A stretch of DNA of 64,000 nt from Nitrospirota bacterium (lineage in GTDB: Bacteria; Nitrospirota; Nitrospiria; Nitrospirales; Nitrospiraceae): positions 146,579 through 210,578 of the forward strand of contig CAVPBK010000001.1 in assembly GCA_963701855.1 (NCBI GenBank), written 5' to 3'. The position numbers and the translations under genes were made by a program. The notes under the pieces were generated by a model. The model made no database searches and was not told where the DNA came from. It worked only from the letters and a program-made list of their open reading frames with translations. Of the stretch, positions 20,270 to 30,683 are shown in pieces. Positions within the stretch are counted from its first letter, which is position 1. Every line of letters begins with the position of its first letter.

Positions 20270-20773
20270 TTATGAATGCCCTCCGACTTTGAACTCCAAA
20301 TGGCAGGCCACGCAGGCCTTCAGCACGTTGTTGAACTGCGGCAAGATCTGCTTCAAGTCTTTCGTGGGGATGATGCGCGCCAACTCTTCCGCCGCCGCAT
20401 GATGCGCCATAGCCAAGTCGTGATAGGCAGGTGGAAAATTGTCAGGCTGCTGCTGCGCCATGGCCTGCCGATGCATAAAGAATCCCAGATGCGATTCAGT
20501 CAGGCCTTTTGCCAACTCGTAGTCCTCCTCGACCAGCGCGTTCACGATCACCTGGATCGTTTCCAGGTGCTGTAACATTACCGCGCGATGTTCTTTCCCT
20601 GCCGATGACGACAGTGGAATCGGATGCCTAGTATCGGGCGTCATATAAGGAATGGACTGCGGCTCATTGTGGCGGCGATCGACCTCAGTGCAACCAGCTG
20701 ACAATACAACACAAAGAACACCCAGAGTGATCCTTCCAAGGAGGATCTGCCGCCCTCTATATAATGGTGGCAT
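20270..20773 (-). CDS. cytochrome c'-like (class II) lipoprotein
   Basis: lipobox SAGC, helical body, C-terminal CVACH. Confidence 0.8.
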   Translation of the reverse strand: MPPLYRGRQILLGRITLGVLCVVLSAGCTEVDRRHNEPQSIPYMTPDTRHPIPLSSSAGKEHRAVMLQHLETIQVIVNALVEEDYELAKGLTESHLGFFMHRQAMAQQQPDNFPPAYHDLAMAHHAAAEELARIIPTKDLKQILPQFNNVLKACVACHLEFKVGGHS

Positions 20774-20853
20774 GTAAGTTGGCCTTTAAGGGCTTGGACA
20801 AGAATCGCACTTCTGAGCGTAACCCCTGCACGAAGACGACCAGATCATTCAGT

Positions 20854-21327
20854 TCAATGGTGCTGATGCTGAAGGTCATGATCATGACCTTCAGCCGATT
20901 TCTTTCCCGCCTTGATAGTCTTTGGCTTCAGCGGGGTAAATCGGGCACCATAGGCATCCTGTTCCGGCAACTTGACGAATACCACAATCACTGTCTCCGG
21001 TGTGATGTGAAATTCACCGTTCCCCGTAAATATATTCTGTTGTGATGGCCCCAGCTTGACCGCTGTTTTGCCTCCGGCCTTACCCTGTTGGATAGTGGCC
21101 TTCCCCTCTCCCCCATCGGTATGAATCTCTTGCCATGCATGATCGGTCACATGCAGTACCAGCTCTCCGTCCTTGGCAACGAGCTCCAGGTGATAGGGAC
21201 CTGCCGCACGGACTTGCCCGCCATGTGGGGACGCCATCGCATCCAGCGATTCATCGGTATGTGCCCAAACGGGTTGTAATATCATCAGGGAAACAGCGAG
21301 CACGACAGTAACCATCGATACATTCAT
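20854..21327 (-). CDS. His-rich periplasmic putative metal-binding protein
   Basis: signal peptide, PHGGQV..PYHLELV, C-terminal HDHDLQHQHH. Confidence 0.7.
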   Translation of the reverse strand: MNVSMVTVVLAVSLMILQPVWAHTDESLDAMASPHGGQVRAAGPYHLELVAKDGELVLHVTDHAWQEIHTDGGEGKATIQQGKAGGKTAVKLGPSQQNIFTGNGEFHITPETVIVVFVKLPEQDAYGARFTPLKPKTIKAGKKSAEGHDHDLQHQHH

Positions 21328-21470
21328 TTTTTCTCCTCAGGATACAAATGGGAACGGCAAGAGAATCCTCCAAGACACCTTGGCATCCCTCCATCAGATC
21401 ACGAGGTTAACACCAGCGCCTCAAATTTTCACCCGTTCTTATGCCCATCACTGACTGATACGGCATACCC

Positions 21471-21782
21471 TCAGCTGCAACATTTTTCGATATTTTCCTT
21501 CATGGCCTCTCGTCCGGTCTTGACCGCCGCCTCGGCATCAGCCGTTTTCTCTGCGATGAAATGTTTGCCGCGCTCTATGACCTCATCAAGAGCGGCTCGC
21601 GCCTCCTTCGCCTTCTCCAGGACTTCTTCCTCGGCCTTCCTGGCATACCCCCTCACAGCCCGGCGCGTTTCTTCCCCGGACTTCGGGGCGAGAAGAAGAC
21701 CTGCCACCACCCCAGCCATGGCCCCCCCTAAGAATGCGAGTACAACAGCCGGCCCGGAACATTGTGTCTCTCGATTGTCCAT
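21471..21782 (-). CDS. YtxH-domain protein
   Basis: AFLGGAMAGVVAGLLLAPKSGEETR; AAGGAGG RBS. Confidence 0.9.
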   Translation of the reverse strand: MDNRETQCSGPAVVLAFLGGAMAGVVAGLLLAPKSGEETRRAVRGYARKAEEEVLEKAKEARAALDEVIERGKHFIAEKTADAEAAVKTGREAMKENIEKCCS

Positions 21783-21824
21783 AATAATTCCTCCTTAGAT
21801 ATAAAGGGTTCACTTAAGTTGAAA

Positions 21825-21840
21825 AGCGAAGGCCGTGCCA
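21825..21840 (-). promoter_or_regulatory. sigma54-like promoter for the ytxH-like operon
   Basis: minus strand TGGCACGGCCTTCGCT, GG-N10-GC, about 43 bp before the ATG. Confidence 0.6.
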
Positions 21841-21998
21841 GAAAAGCAGAGCCAGGAAACCACTCGTTACCGCGATTTGACGAGGCCTTAAGGGAACGCA
21901 CGAAGAGGAACGATAGATTCCTGGGGCATTTCAGGTCTTAGGGGAAAAGCGGACTGTCGCAAAAAGCAACAATCCTCCGGGCGAGTGAGTCAGGCATA

Positions 21999-22466
21999 TC
22001 ACTTATTTTCTTTCGCGAATGACCGCACATATCGCAGCACCTGCCAGGCTTCTTCTTCCGTCAGTACGAGCGGAATAAAAGAGGCCATCGCCGTGCCCTT
22101 GCTGCCGTTCTTCAAGATCCAGAACAGTTCCCCATCGGTTCGAGCGGCTTGCCACTTCTTGTCGGTAAAATTTCTCGGTAAGGGGCCTTTCAGCGTCCCC
22201 GGCGCAATATCTGCCCCAAGCCCTTTCCCATCCGGCCCATGACAGACCTTGCAAAAGGCTTTCCCTTCATACAACGCTTTGCCTTTCGCAATCATTTCCT
22301 CGCCCTCAGGGAGCGGATTCGTCACAGCACGGGCTGCTTCGATCTGATCGCCTGGTACCCGTGGGCGCATGACAGACTTGTCAGCCGCCCACGTCAGGCC
22401 CTCGACAATCAGGAGAGTTCCAACCACCAATAACATAATTGACGTAATCCTGACTCGATTGGTCAT
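21999..22466 (-). CDS. monohaem cytochrome c
   Basis: signal peptide, CKVCH, PRNFT..TDGELFWILKNGSKGTAM. Confidence 0.9.
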   Translation of the reverse strand: MTNRVRITSIMLLVVGTLLIVEGLTWAADKSVMRPRVPGDQIEAARAVTNPLPEGEEMIAKGKALYEGKAFCKVCHGPDGKGLGADIAPGTLKGPLPRNFTDKKWQAARTDGELFWILKNGSKGTAMASFIPLVLTEEEAWQVLRYVRSFAKENK

Positions 22467-22551
22467 GGCACACGATCCTTCTTCAGGTGAGGTGAAGACA
22501 GGCGGGGAGACCGCGTGACCACGCTCTCCCCGCCACATCTATACCTTTGAG

Positions 22552-23091
22552 CTACTTGGTTCGATGCTTGTGGCCGACCGATTGTGGGTGGCCAACCACT
22601 CCTGTGGGCGCCTTAGCTCCATCCGGCCAGAGATGGAAGATGATCCCGTCTGTCTGGGCTGCAACTGCGGCAACTTCCTTGGCTTGCGCCTCCGGCATAT
22701 CGAGAATCTGGACACGACCGGTGGCAATCTCTACCTCGTGGTCATGGTAGTACTTGTTCCAGGCTTTCAGCGGTACATCCTTCCGCGAAACGGACTTGGC
22801 AACGAAATACTCGACATCCGTGAGCCTCGCATTGGGATCGGTCGATTCAAACAGCAGACATTGCAGGATTTCTGGAGAAATTCCCTTGCAGTAATGGTGA
22901 TAGGGGCCGTGCACGGTACCGTCTTCAAATTTGTGCGGGGCCATGACATGAAGGGTAAAGCCATCGGCCGGACCCGGCTTCTTCTCCGCCGCCGGAGCGG
23001 CTGGAACAGGGGCATGTTCCTGGGCCACCGCCGCTCCCATAGAGAACACAGCAAAACTCAGTACCGACGCGAGACTCAATGCTCGAATCAT
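22552..23091 (-). CDS. DUF1264 (OBAP-like) secreted protein
   Basis: HHYCK..QCLLF..ARLTDVEY..YYHDHEVEI pattern; signal peptide. Confidence 0.75.
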   Translation of the reverse strand: MIRALSLASVLSFAVFSMGAAVAQEHAPVPAAPAAEKKPGPADGFTLHVMAPHKFEDGTVHGPYHHYCKGISPEILQCLLFESTDPNARLTDVEYFVAKSVSRKDVPLKAWNKYYHDHEVEIATGRVQILDMPEAQAKEVAAVAAQTDGIIFHLWPDGAKAPTGVVGHPQSVGHKHRTK

Positions 23092-23295
23092 AATGACCTC
23101 CTAGGGGTTTGATGGGTCTTCGCCCAGTTCATCTAGGCCGAGAAAGACTCTGCACATTCGACTGACTGTGTGAGACAAGTAGCCTCAAATGGATTCAACA
23201 TATTTGCGGAAAGCTAGAAATCTGAATTGAACATTCAACATAAAAGTTGAGCCTTACTGTTACCGGCCGCAGGCATCGCCCTCACAACCGCCCGT

Positions 23296-23848
23296 CTACT
23301 GGCCGCCCATGCCTTCCATCCCACCTCTCCGTCCGCCGTGTCCCATGCCGCCCATGCCGCCACCCGGCCCCATCATTGGTCCCATGCCTTCTCCACGCCC
23401 CATCATACCAGGCTCATGCTCACCACCGAAGTTACGTATGTACTGGATGAGAGTCCATATCTCTTCGTCCGTCAGTTGCCCCCCAAATCCAACCATGGCA
23501 GTACCGGACGATCCGTGCTTGATCACCCAGAAGACTTCGCCTTCCGTACGATGGCGCCAGAATCCGTGGTGCCGGAAATTGCGAGGCGATGGATTCAGTT
23601 GGGCAGCCAATGGCCCATTGCCGTCCCCGTCTTTCCCATGGCAGTTGAAGCAGGCGCCCTTGCCATCGTAGATTGCCTTGCCCTGCGCAACAGTCTCAGG
23701 GGATTTCGGCAAAGGGCTCGTGAGTGCGCGCGCTTCAGCCAACTTGTCGGCCGGCACCAGCTGACTGCATCATGTGCCGTTCGGCGGCCCCAGCGGGAAT
23801 GGCAAGAGAAGCCACGAAGACCAGCAACAAAAACACCCTCGACTTCAT
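23296..23848 (-). CDS. monohaem cytochrome c with Gly/Met-rich tail; +1 frameshift near 23761
   Basis: AGGAGG RBS and signal peptide MKSRVFLLLV from 23848 are out of frame by one base with VPADKLAEARAL..CFNCH. Confidence 0.8.
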
Positions 23849-23908
23849 CACCTTCCTCCTTTGGCTGGCTGATGTGGAGCGTCGACCACCACCGCGCACA
23901 GACATACC

Positions 23909-24355
23909 TTATTGGGCAACATTCGATTCGATGTCGACGCCAAGGCCGATCCAGGCCCGCAACAGATCGTGGCGCGTGATCGTGTAGACCACCTTGCCGT
24001 TTCTCTCAATCGGCAGATTGATGAGCCGTTTGTCCTCCATCAGCTTCACGGCATCCTCGATGTTGGTGTCATCGGTCACGGAAATGCGGTCTTTCACCAT
24101 AATGTCCTCTGCGGCCAGCCGGTTCAGATCCTTCCCCGCTTCCAACGCCCGAAGAATGTCGAACTCGCTGATGAATCCGGCGAACCTCCCCTCTCCGTCG
24201 ACCACTGGCGCTCCCGGCGTATGGGTCGCAAGCAACTCAACGGCGATCCCCATTGCATTCTGTTTTCGAGTAAACACAAGATCGTTCGTGGCACGCACTT
24301 GTCCAATCGTCTTGAACCCTCCGGCAGGAACACCCGGTCTACCTAACGTTGTCAT
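23909..24355 (-). CDS. CBS-domain protein
   Basis: PVVDGEGRFAGFISEFDIL, AEDIM, LPIERNGKVVYTITRHDLL. Confidence 0.9.
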   Translation of the reverse strand: MTTLGRPGVPAGGFKTIGQVRATNDLVFTRKQNAMGIAVELLATHTPGAPVVDGEGRFAGFISEFDILRALEAGKDLNRLAAEDIMVKDRISVTDDTNIEDAVKLMEDKRLINLPIERNGKVVYTITRHDLLRAWIGLGVDIESNVAQ

Positions 24356-24646
24356 GACAACCTCCTCTTCGTGTGATTCTGATCATTGTGACCGATGACC
24401 CCGCACCGGCCCTCTTCGCTCCGCATCTGTTTATGTCCATCCTCTGCCACGATGCAACAAATGCGTCGTGCGCCAAGCTTTTCTTAGACATCCCGTACAC
24501 TCTTCGTTTCACTCGTCCCTCTTGATGTGAGTCACGTGCATGAAATTGGATTCAAGGATTTCATGCCAACTCTCACGTACGCACGCAATGGAGGCAGGAC
24601 TCAACTTTAGGATGGTGCAAGGCATCTCATCTGCCGGACTGATGCC

Positions 24647-25255
24647 CTAATGTTGATGCGCAGCTGCCCCCTCTTTCCCAGGTCCTCCACTTGTCCCATG
24701 CCCTCCGCCTTGCATCTCGCTCATTCCACTCATCCCACCGGTATGCTGGCCCTCTCCCCCCATCATCATCTCCATCATCTTGTCCCGCATTGCGTGAGAT
24801 TTCTCACGCTGTTCGGGAGTCAATAACGCCATCGCGTCGCGCCTCGACTTGATCGCCATGAACAAAAGACCGCCTTCCGCCTTCTTGAGTTGGTCCACCT
24901 TGGCCTGGATCGATGCCGAGTCGGCCTTCTCGTCCTCGACCAACGCATGCAACTCGAGTGTTGCCACCTTGATGTCGGCTTCCGCTCTGGCCTGCGCGCG
25001 ACCCAGGTCAAGCTGCATGGTTGTCAGCTTGCTGATTTGCTCCGATGTGAGGCCGATCTCCTTCCCATGCTTGAGAAAATGCTTCAGGCCATAGCTGCTG
25101 TGTTCGTCCTGTTTACTTTGATCGTAGCCTTCACACATGTGGCCACACATCATTCCTCCATGGCCTCCATCCGCTCGAACAGTTTGGACATTAGGACCGA
25201 GGAGTACCACTGATCCCCATACCAGGATAGCTGCATATCGAAAGGCATTCATCAT
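24647..25255 (-). CDS. Spy/CpxP/ZraP-like periplasmic protein (LTxxQ), Met/His-rich
   Basis: signal peptide, GLTSEQ and LLTPEQ motifs, GHGGMM. Confidence 0.8.
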   Translation of the reverse strand: MMNAFRYAAILVWGSVVLLGPNVQTVRADGGHGGMMCGHMCEGYDQSKQDEHSSYGLKHFLKHGKEIGLTSEQISKLTTMQLDLGRAQARAEADIKVATLELHALVEDEKADSASIQAKVDQLKKAEGGLLFMAIKSRRDAMALLTPEQREKSHAMRDKMMEMMMGGEGQHTGGMSGMSEMQGGGHGTSGGPGKEGAAAHQH

Positions 25256-25374
25256 GACTGATTCCTCCTTCATTCGTTAGGAACACTGGAGCGTTGGGGC
25301 GAAACGCTACTGCGGCAAAACGCGTAAAAAGGGAGCCAGGCTGGCCATTTGAGCATGTCGCGTTCGTCCATTCG

Positions 25375-26433
25375 TTACAAATCTAACTCCACCATCTTGC
25401 GGTGGAATCGGGCGATCACGTTGGGGTCCGGTGTCAGGCGGATCGGGGATTCCTCTTTGCCTTTGTACGGCAGCACGTTCAGCACGTACCGGAGACTTTC
25501 CAATCGCGCCGCCTGCTTGTCGTTGGCCTTGACGATAATCCAGGGGCTGAACGTCGCGTGTGTCTTGCTGAACATCTCCTCTTTGTAGCGGGTGTAGGAG
25601 TCCCACAACTCTTGCGCCTTCTCATCGACCGGGCTCAGCTTCCATTGCTTGAGCGGATCCTGCCGGCGCTCTTCGAATCGCTGCGCCTGCTCGTTCTTGG
25701 AGATGGAGAACCAAAACTTGATGATGGTCACGCCATCCTCATAGAGCATGTGCTCGAATTCCGGAACCTGCTGCAGAAACCGCTGGTGTTCCTTCTTGTT
25801 GCAGAATCCCATCACTGGTTCGACCACCGCCCGGTTGTACCAACTGCGGTCGAAGAACACGATCTCGCCCTTGTTGGGCAGCTGGCGGATATAGCGTTGA
25901 AAGTACCACTGCCCCCGTTCTTCATCCGACGGTTTGGGCAGCGCGACCACCCTCATGGCGCGAGGATTCAAGTGTTCGGTGAACCGGCGGATCGTGCCGC
26001 CCTTCCCGGCCGCATCCCGCCCTTCAATCAGGATCGCAATCCGCTCTCCGTTGCCCTGCACCCACCGCTGGAGCTTGACCAGTTCGACCTGTAACTGACG
26101 CAGCTCTTGCTCGTATAGCAACGTCTTGCGCACCTCCTCGATATCGACGGCCTTGTACTCGAGCAGCTGAATGAAACCCTTTCTCGTATTGATCCGCCGA
26201 AGATCATCCTCGGTCAAGTCGCAGCCCGGTTCGCCGATACGCCCTAACCCCTGCCCGACAGATCCACGGCGCAGCATTCGATAGCCGTCCCCTTGCCGTG
26301 GCACCATCGTTGGAATGGTCTCCAGCTCATTGACATCGAGACGCCCCTGTTCCACGCGCTCATCGATGTCCACCTCATCCCGCCGACCCGCTCGGCTCTT
26401 TGACTTTCCAGTCGATTCGCCATCAGCTGCCAT
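25375..26433 (-). CDS. ppk2: polyphosphate kinase 2
   Basis: EGRDAAGKGG Walker A, FDRSWYNR, WKLSPVD. Confidence 0.93.
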   Translation of the reverse strand: MAADGESTGKSKSRAGRRDEVDIDERVEQGRLDVNELETIPTMVPRQGDGYRMLRRGSVGQGLGRIGEPGCDLTEDDLRRINTRKGFIQLLEYKAVDIEEVRKTLLYEQELRQLQVELVKLQRWVQGNGERIAILIEGRDAAGKGGTIRRFTEHLNPRAMRVVALPKPSDEERGQWYFQRYIRQLPNKGEIVFFDRSWYNRAVVEPVMGFCNKKEHQRFLQQVPEFEHMLYEDGVTIIKFWFSISKNEQAQRFEERRQDPLKQWKLSPVDEKAQELWDSYTRYKEEMFSKTHATFSPWIIVKANDKQAARLESLRYVLNVLPYKGKEESPIRLTPDPNVIARFHRKMVELDL

Positions 26434-26460
26434 ATTGAGATTCCCTTCTTCGTCGCAAAA

Positions 26461-26820
26461 TCAGAATGCCACGTTCCGATCTCGTTCGGCGACGGCCTTG
26501 ATATAGTCTGCCATGCCCTTGATCGTTGCGCCCGCGACCAGATCCCCGGCACCGATCTGCCGCGCCACGGCGCAGGCCCCGCAGACCCAGATGGGAATAT
26601 TCGCCACTTGCACGGCTGCCAGCAAATCTTTGAGCGGCGTCAGATTCACCCCTGTCACATGATCCGCAGTTCCTTTGCGCCCGATTGTCACGGCTTCATT
26701 CCAGAGCCAGAGCACGACCTCATGCCCCTGCTCCTTCGCGACCTTCGCTGCCATGAACGGCAACGTCGCCATCGTGGGATCGTCCGTGCCCCGGCTACCT
26801 GAAATAATAAATGTCGCCAT
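26461..26820 (-). CDS. DsrE/DsrF-like protein
   Basis: VVLWLWNEAV, IWVCGACAVAR. Confidence 0.85.
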   Translation of the reverse strand: MATFIISGSRGTDDPTMATLPFMAAKVAKEQGHEVVLWLWNEAVTIGRKGTADHVTGVNLTPLKDLLAAVQVANIPIWVCGACAVARQIGAGDLVAGATIKGMADYIKAVAERDRNVAF

Positions 26821-26888
26821 GTTTTCCTCCTTCGTCGCTCGTCGATCACGGACGCGAAATGCGAGACGTGCGGGACGGACACAACTCT

Positions 26889-26953
26889 AAGGCTGAAGGT
26901 CGGGGTTCTACCTTCCGATCGCTTCAGCCTTCAGCCTTCTGACCACCTCACCC
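26889..26953. repeat. 7-nt-periodic hairpin repeat
   Basis: AAGGCTGAAGG...CTTCAGCCTTCAGCCTTCTGACC; inverted relative at 6141-6192. Confidence 0.65.
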
Positions 26954-26961
26954 CTTACGCC

Positions 26962-28369
26962 CTATTTGGCTAGCGATCGGACGTAGTGAATCAGCTGCCA
27001 CACCTGCTCATCAGGCAACCCGGGAAACGGCATCATCCCTGTTCCAGGCGAACCGTTCTTGATGATCCAGAACAGTTGACCATCGGGAATGTCCTTCATC
27101 ATCGCGCCACAAGTAAAATTTCGCGGCGGCGGGACCAAGGCTGCCCCCATAATTCCCTTCCCGTCACCCTGTTCTCCATGGCACATCGCACAGGCCACTG
27201 GTTGGGCTGTCTTCAAGTAGAGCGTCTTCCCTGCCTGAATTGCTCCGGCAGATGCAGGAAGCATATTCGTCTTGGCCAAGAACTCGTCCGGCGCCATTGC
27301 CGTCTTGCGCAGCTGCACACAGGCTCCACTCTGCCCTCCGCTCGGAGCGGCCGCCATGTCCGGCACCCCCTTAAACGTCACTTTCAAGTAGGCCATCACA
27401 TCGGCCACGCCCTGTTGCCCTATGGTCAAATTCCAATAGGGCATATTCGGGGATTTGCCTATCGCCACCCCGCCATGATTGATGACGTTGTAGAGATACT
27501 CCATCGGAAGTTTCTCAAATGGAATGTTGGCATGAATCGCCGGCTTGGGCTCCAGACCGGAAGCCGCCGGGCCATCCCCCTTGCCTGTCGCGCCGTGACA
27601 CTGCGAGCAATATTCTTTATAAATCACCTTCCCGCGATCCACGCTGGCCATTCCAAACTCCGGGCTCGTCCAGGGCTCGTAATATTTAAAGTCCTTCACT
27701 CCCTGCACCATGAGAAAGCCGATCACCGCGCGGAGCTGTGGCTCCGTCGCATCAGCGAGGAACTCGCCACTGTGCGGCACGAAGTCTTGTGGATTCAGCC
27801 CGAAACGAAAGAGCCAATCCTGGTCGTACCTCTGTCCGGCCGCCACGAGTGATGCGCTCTGCGGGCCGCCGATGAACTTGCCGTTCTCTTCGATCACGTG
27901 ACAGCCAAGGCAGGCATGCGCCTTGTAGGCCATCCCGCCGAACGCGGCCTCGAACTTCGTCACCTTCGAGAGATCGAACGCGCCGACTTTGACTCGCGAA
28001 TCCTTGTTGTGCTCAGCAAAGTAGTCGGCAATGGCATTGGCCTCCAACTCAGTAACCATTGGATGCTTCGACGGAGCCTCGCTCAGATCCCATCGATAGC
28101 CCTTGGCATACAATGGCGCTTCTTTGCCCGTCAGCCACCGGATCAACCAGGACCGTTGATACTTGCTGCCGGCCCAGATGAGGTCGGGCGCCTTGAGATT
28201 GAAACGAGAGTCGGCCTGGCCTTCCAGCCGGTGGCATTGCACGCAAGTCTGCTGGATAATTTCTTTCGCTCGCGGACTGATCGCTCGCGAACGACAGATG
28301 AGGGGATGACATCAGCCCCACGAACGCGAGTAGCGCACCTCCGATAACAACCCCTCTTCTCAACTTCAT
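26962..28369 (-). CDS. tetrahaem cytochrome c, frameshifted near 28270
   Basis: signal peptide from 28369; CVQCH, CLGCH, CSQCH and CAMCH lie in the second frame. Confidence 0.85.
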
Positions 28370-28409
28370 ATCGCGCCCCCTTTTATCTTGAGTGCCCTCG
28401 TCTGATCCC

Positions 28410-29027
28410 TTACCTCGTCACTAGCCACGCATGAATATCGGCAATGTCCTGAGGACTCAGCACTGAACCCCACGCAGGCATCGCCCCTCGTCCATGCAGG
28501 ACCGTCTCCGTAAACAGATCCTCATGTTTAAGAATTGGAATCTTCACCAGCTTCGGGCCCATACCGCCTATCGCCATGGCGCCATGACAGGCCTGGCAAT
28601 TGTGTTCAAAAATACCGGCTCCTCTGGCCGGGTCCCCCTTGAGCTGATCTTCAGCCACCATCTCCTGCGTGAGCGGCTCCGCCTTCCTCAATTCACTGTC
28701 GAGCGGCGGCAGTCGATCCGGCGCGCCCGGGTGATACCGCGCCGACAGATACCGCACGAGCAGGTCTGTCTCGTCCTTGGAAATCTCCGCACCCCAATGT
28801 TCCATTTTCCCGACCGTGGCCTCCCATCGCGCGCGAGGCAACCGCTGTTGTACGATGAGATCAGCGCTGTGACAGACGGAACAGCGCGCGATAATCAGTC
28901 CCTCTGCACGTAGCGCCAACGAGGCGCTGACCGTTGCCATATCTTCCTCTTGCGCTGCCGTCACAACGGCCAGGCCCGCAAGTCCGATCACCAATGAGAA
29001 CATAATGCTTCCGCTAACCTTCGTCAT
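28410..29027 (-). CDS. dihaem cytochrome c, SorB-like partner of the molybdoenzyme
   Basis: CSVCH..QQRLPRARWEATVGKM; CQACH; ATGA overlap with the upstream molybdoprotein gene. Confidence 0.85.
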   Translation of the reverse strand: MTKVSGSIMFSLVIGLAGLAVVTAAQEEDMATVSASLALRAEGLIIARCSVCHSADLIVQQRLPRARWEATVGKMEHWGAEISKDETDLLVRYLSARYHPGAPDRLPPLDSELRKAEPLTQEMVAEDQLKGDPARGAGIFEHNCQACHGAMAIGGMGPKLVKIPILKHEDLFTETVLHGRGAMPAWGSVLSPQDIADIHAWLVTR

Positions 29028-30223
29028 AGAGCCACCGTCACCGAGACGTGATCCCACCCATTCCACAAAAACCCGCTTGGGTTCCAAGGAGTCGTTGCCG
29101 GTTGCGTCGCTCCCCGCACATCGGTCGCGCGGCAGAGAATGGTGAACGTGCCGGCGGTCTCGGCCTTCCAGACGAATTGCCATCGTCGCCATGCGTAGGG
29201 ATGATCTTCCCCCACCAGCCGCGCTGTGTCCCACGTTTTCCCTTCATCGAACGACACTTCGACTTTCGCAACCTTGACTTCTCCGCCCCACGCCACGCCT
29301 TGAATAATAACGAGACCGGACTTCACGGTCTCGCCCTCTTGCGGCGCCGCGACGAGTGACTTCACCACCATCGCTTCCACCGGGATCGACTGTCCGCTCG
29401 CTGCTGCGCCCTGTTCCACAGGCGTCGTCGGCATACGATAGGCCGTCTGCATGTAAAACCCCTTCGCCTCCTCGGCCTGCACTGTGATATCCGTCAGCCA
29501 CTTGGTGCACGAATCCGCCATCCAGCCCGGCGTAATCACTCGTAATGGCGCTCCATGCAACAAAGGGAGCGGACGCCCGTTCATCTCATAGGCGAGAATC
29601 GTGTCCGGATGAAGGGCTTTCTTCAGTGGAATACTTCTGGTAAACAGCGGCACAGAGGCCACGACCGGTCGATCCGCTCCTTTGAACTGCACATGATGCG
29701 CTCCGGCTTGAACCCCGGCCTTGGCTAACACGTCCCTCAGCCGCACCCCCGTCCATTGCGCATTTCCGACCGCCCCACGCTCCCATTGAACGCCAGGGAC
29801 CTTGGGCCGATGAAATGCGCGACCATTGCCGCTGCATTGCACGACAGCCGTGACGGCGATTTCTTCGCTCTGCTTCAACTCTTTGAGCGTGAAGGTCCGT
29901 GGTCGGTCCACCATACCGCTCACGCTCAGTCTCCAGTTCGGATCGGAAATCAGTTCTGCAGGAGGCGGGCCGAAGTGGCTGCGGACAAAGAAGCGGGAAT
30001 TCGGCGTGAGGTAGGAAGCGAACTCTTGCACCGGGGTTTCGGCATCCAACGGTCGCGCCACGCGCACAGTAAGGCGGTCGGTCTCATTCTTCAAGACATC
30101 GCGCTCCTCAGCCTGCGCGCGTGGGATCACGTGGCCCAGCGCGAGTGTAACGCCCAGCCCCTGGACGGCCCTTTTCAGCAAGGTCCGCCGCGACAGAGAC
30201 CGGGAGGCCGATTCTTCTTTCAT
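29024..30223 (-). CDS. sorA: sulfite oxidase family molybdoprotein (SorA/SoxC-like), Tat-exported
   Basis: SRRTLLK Tat motif, FFVRSH, QCSGNGR, AYEMNGRPLPLLHGAPLR, KWL, dimerisation domain. Confidence 0.88.
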   Translation of the reverse strand: MKEESASRSLSRRTLLKRAVQGLGVTLALGHVIPRAQAEERDVLKNETDRLTVRVARPLDAETPVQEFASYLTPNSRFFVRSHFGPPPAELISDPNWRLSVSGMVDRPRTFTLKELKQSEEIAVTAVVQCSGNGRAFHRPKVPGVQWERGAVGNAQWTGVRLRDVLAKAGVQAGAHHVQFKGADRPVVASVPLFTRSIPLKKALHPDTILAYEMNGRPLPLLHGAPLRVITPGWMADSCTKWLTDITVQAEEAKGFYMQTAYRMPTTPVEQGAAASGQSIPVEAMVVKSLVAAPQEGETVKSGLVIIQGVAWGGEVKVAKVEVSFDEGKTWDTARLVGEDHPYAWRRWQFVWKAETAGTFTILCRATDVRGATQPATTPWNPSGFLWNGWDHVSVTVAL

Positions 30224-30636
30224 GACGGTTTGTCTCCACGGTGATGGGGATTGAGTTCGATCGCCACGCCGGCAGGCACCGCGATGGATTGATGCACGGT
30301 GCAGCCATGCGCCACCTTGAGGAGCCGCTCGCTGTGTTCGGCCGTGACGCGGTGCGGCAAGTGAATCGCCAGTGTGACCTGGCCCACCCGATGCGGCTGT
30401 TCCGCCATGGTCCATTCCGCCTCGACGCTTAACCCTTTGGTCGAGATCTGATGGCGGTCACAGTAGCGACCCACGAAATAACCGACACAACCGGCGAGTG
30501 AACCGACAAAGAGTTCGACAGGACTCATGCCGGCATCCTGCCCGCCATCTTCGACCGGCTGATCGGTCACGACCCGGTGCTTGCCGCTCGTGATGTCATG
30601 GCGAGTCCCGCCATGGTAGGCCACGGTAAGTTTCAT
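30220..30636 (-). CDS. OsmC family protein
   Basis: DQPVEDGGQDAGMSPVEL..LAGC, HGCTVHQS. Confidence 0.88.
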   Translation of the reverse strand: MKLTVAYHGGTRHDITSGKHRVVTDQPVEDGGQDAGMSPVELFVGSLAGCVGYFVGRYCDRHQISTKGLSVEAEWTMAEQPHRVGQVTLAIHLPHRVTAEHSERLLKVAHGCTVHQSIAVPAGVAIELNPHHRGDKPS

Positions 30637-30683
30637 TGTGACCGCTCCTGACGCTTCACGTTTAACCTTTTATGCCTCACTCA

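Noticed and set aside
29024..30223. Full Sox pathway
   Set aside because: No soxAXYZB genes are in the window, only a SorA/SoxC-like enzyme with cytochromes.
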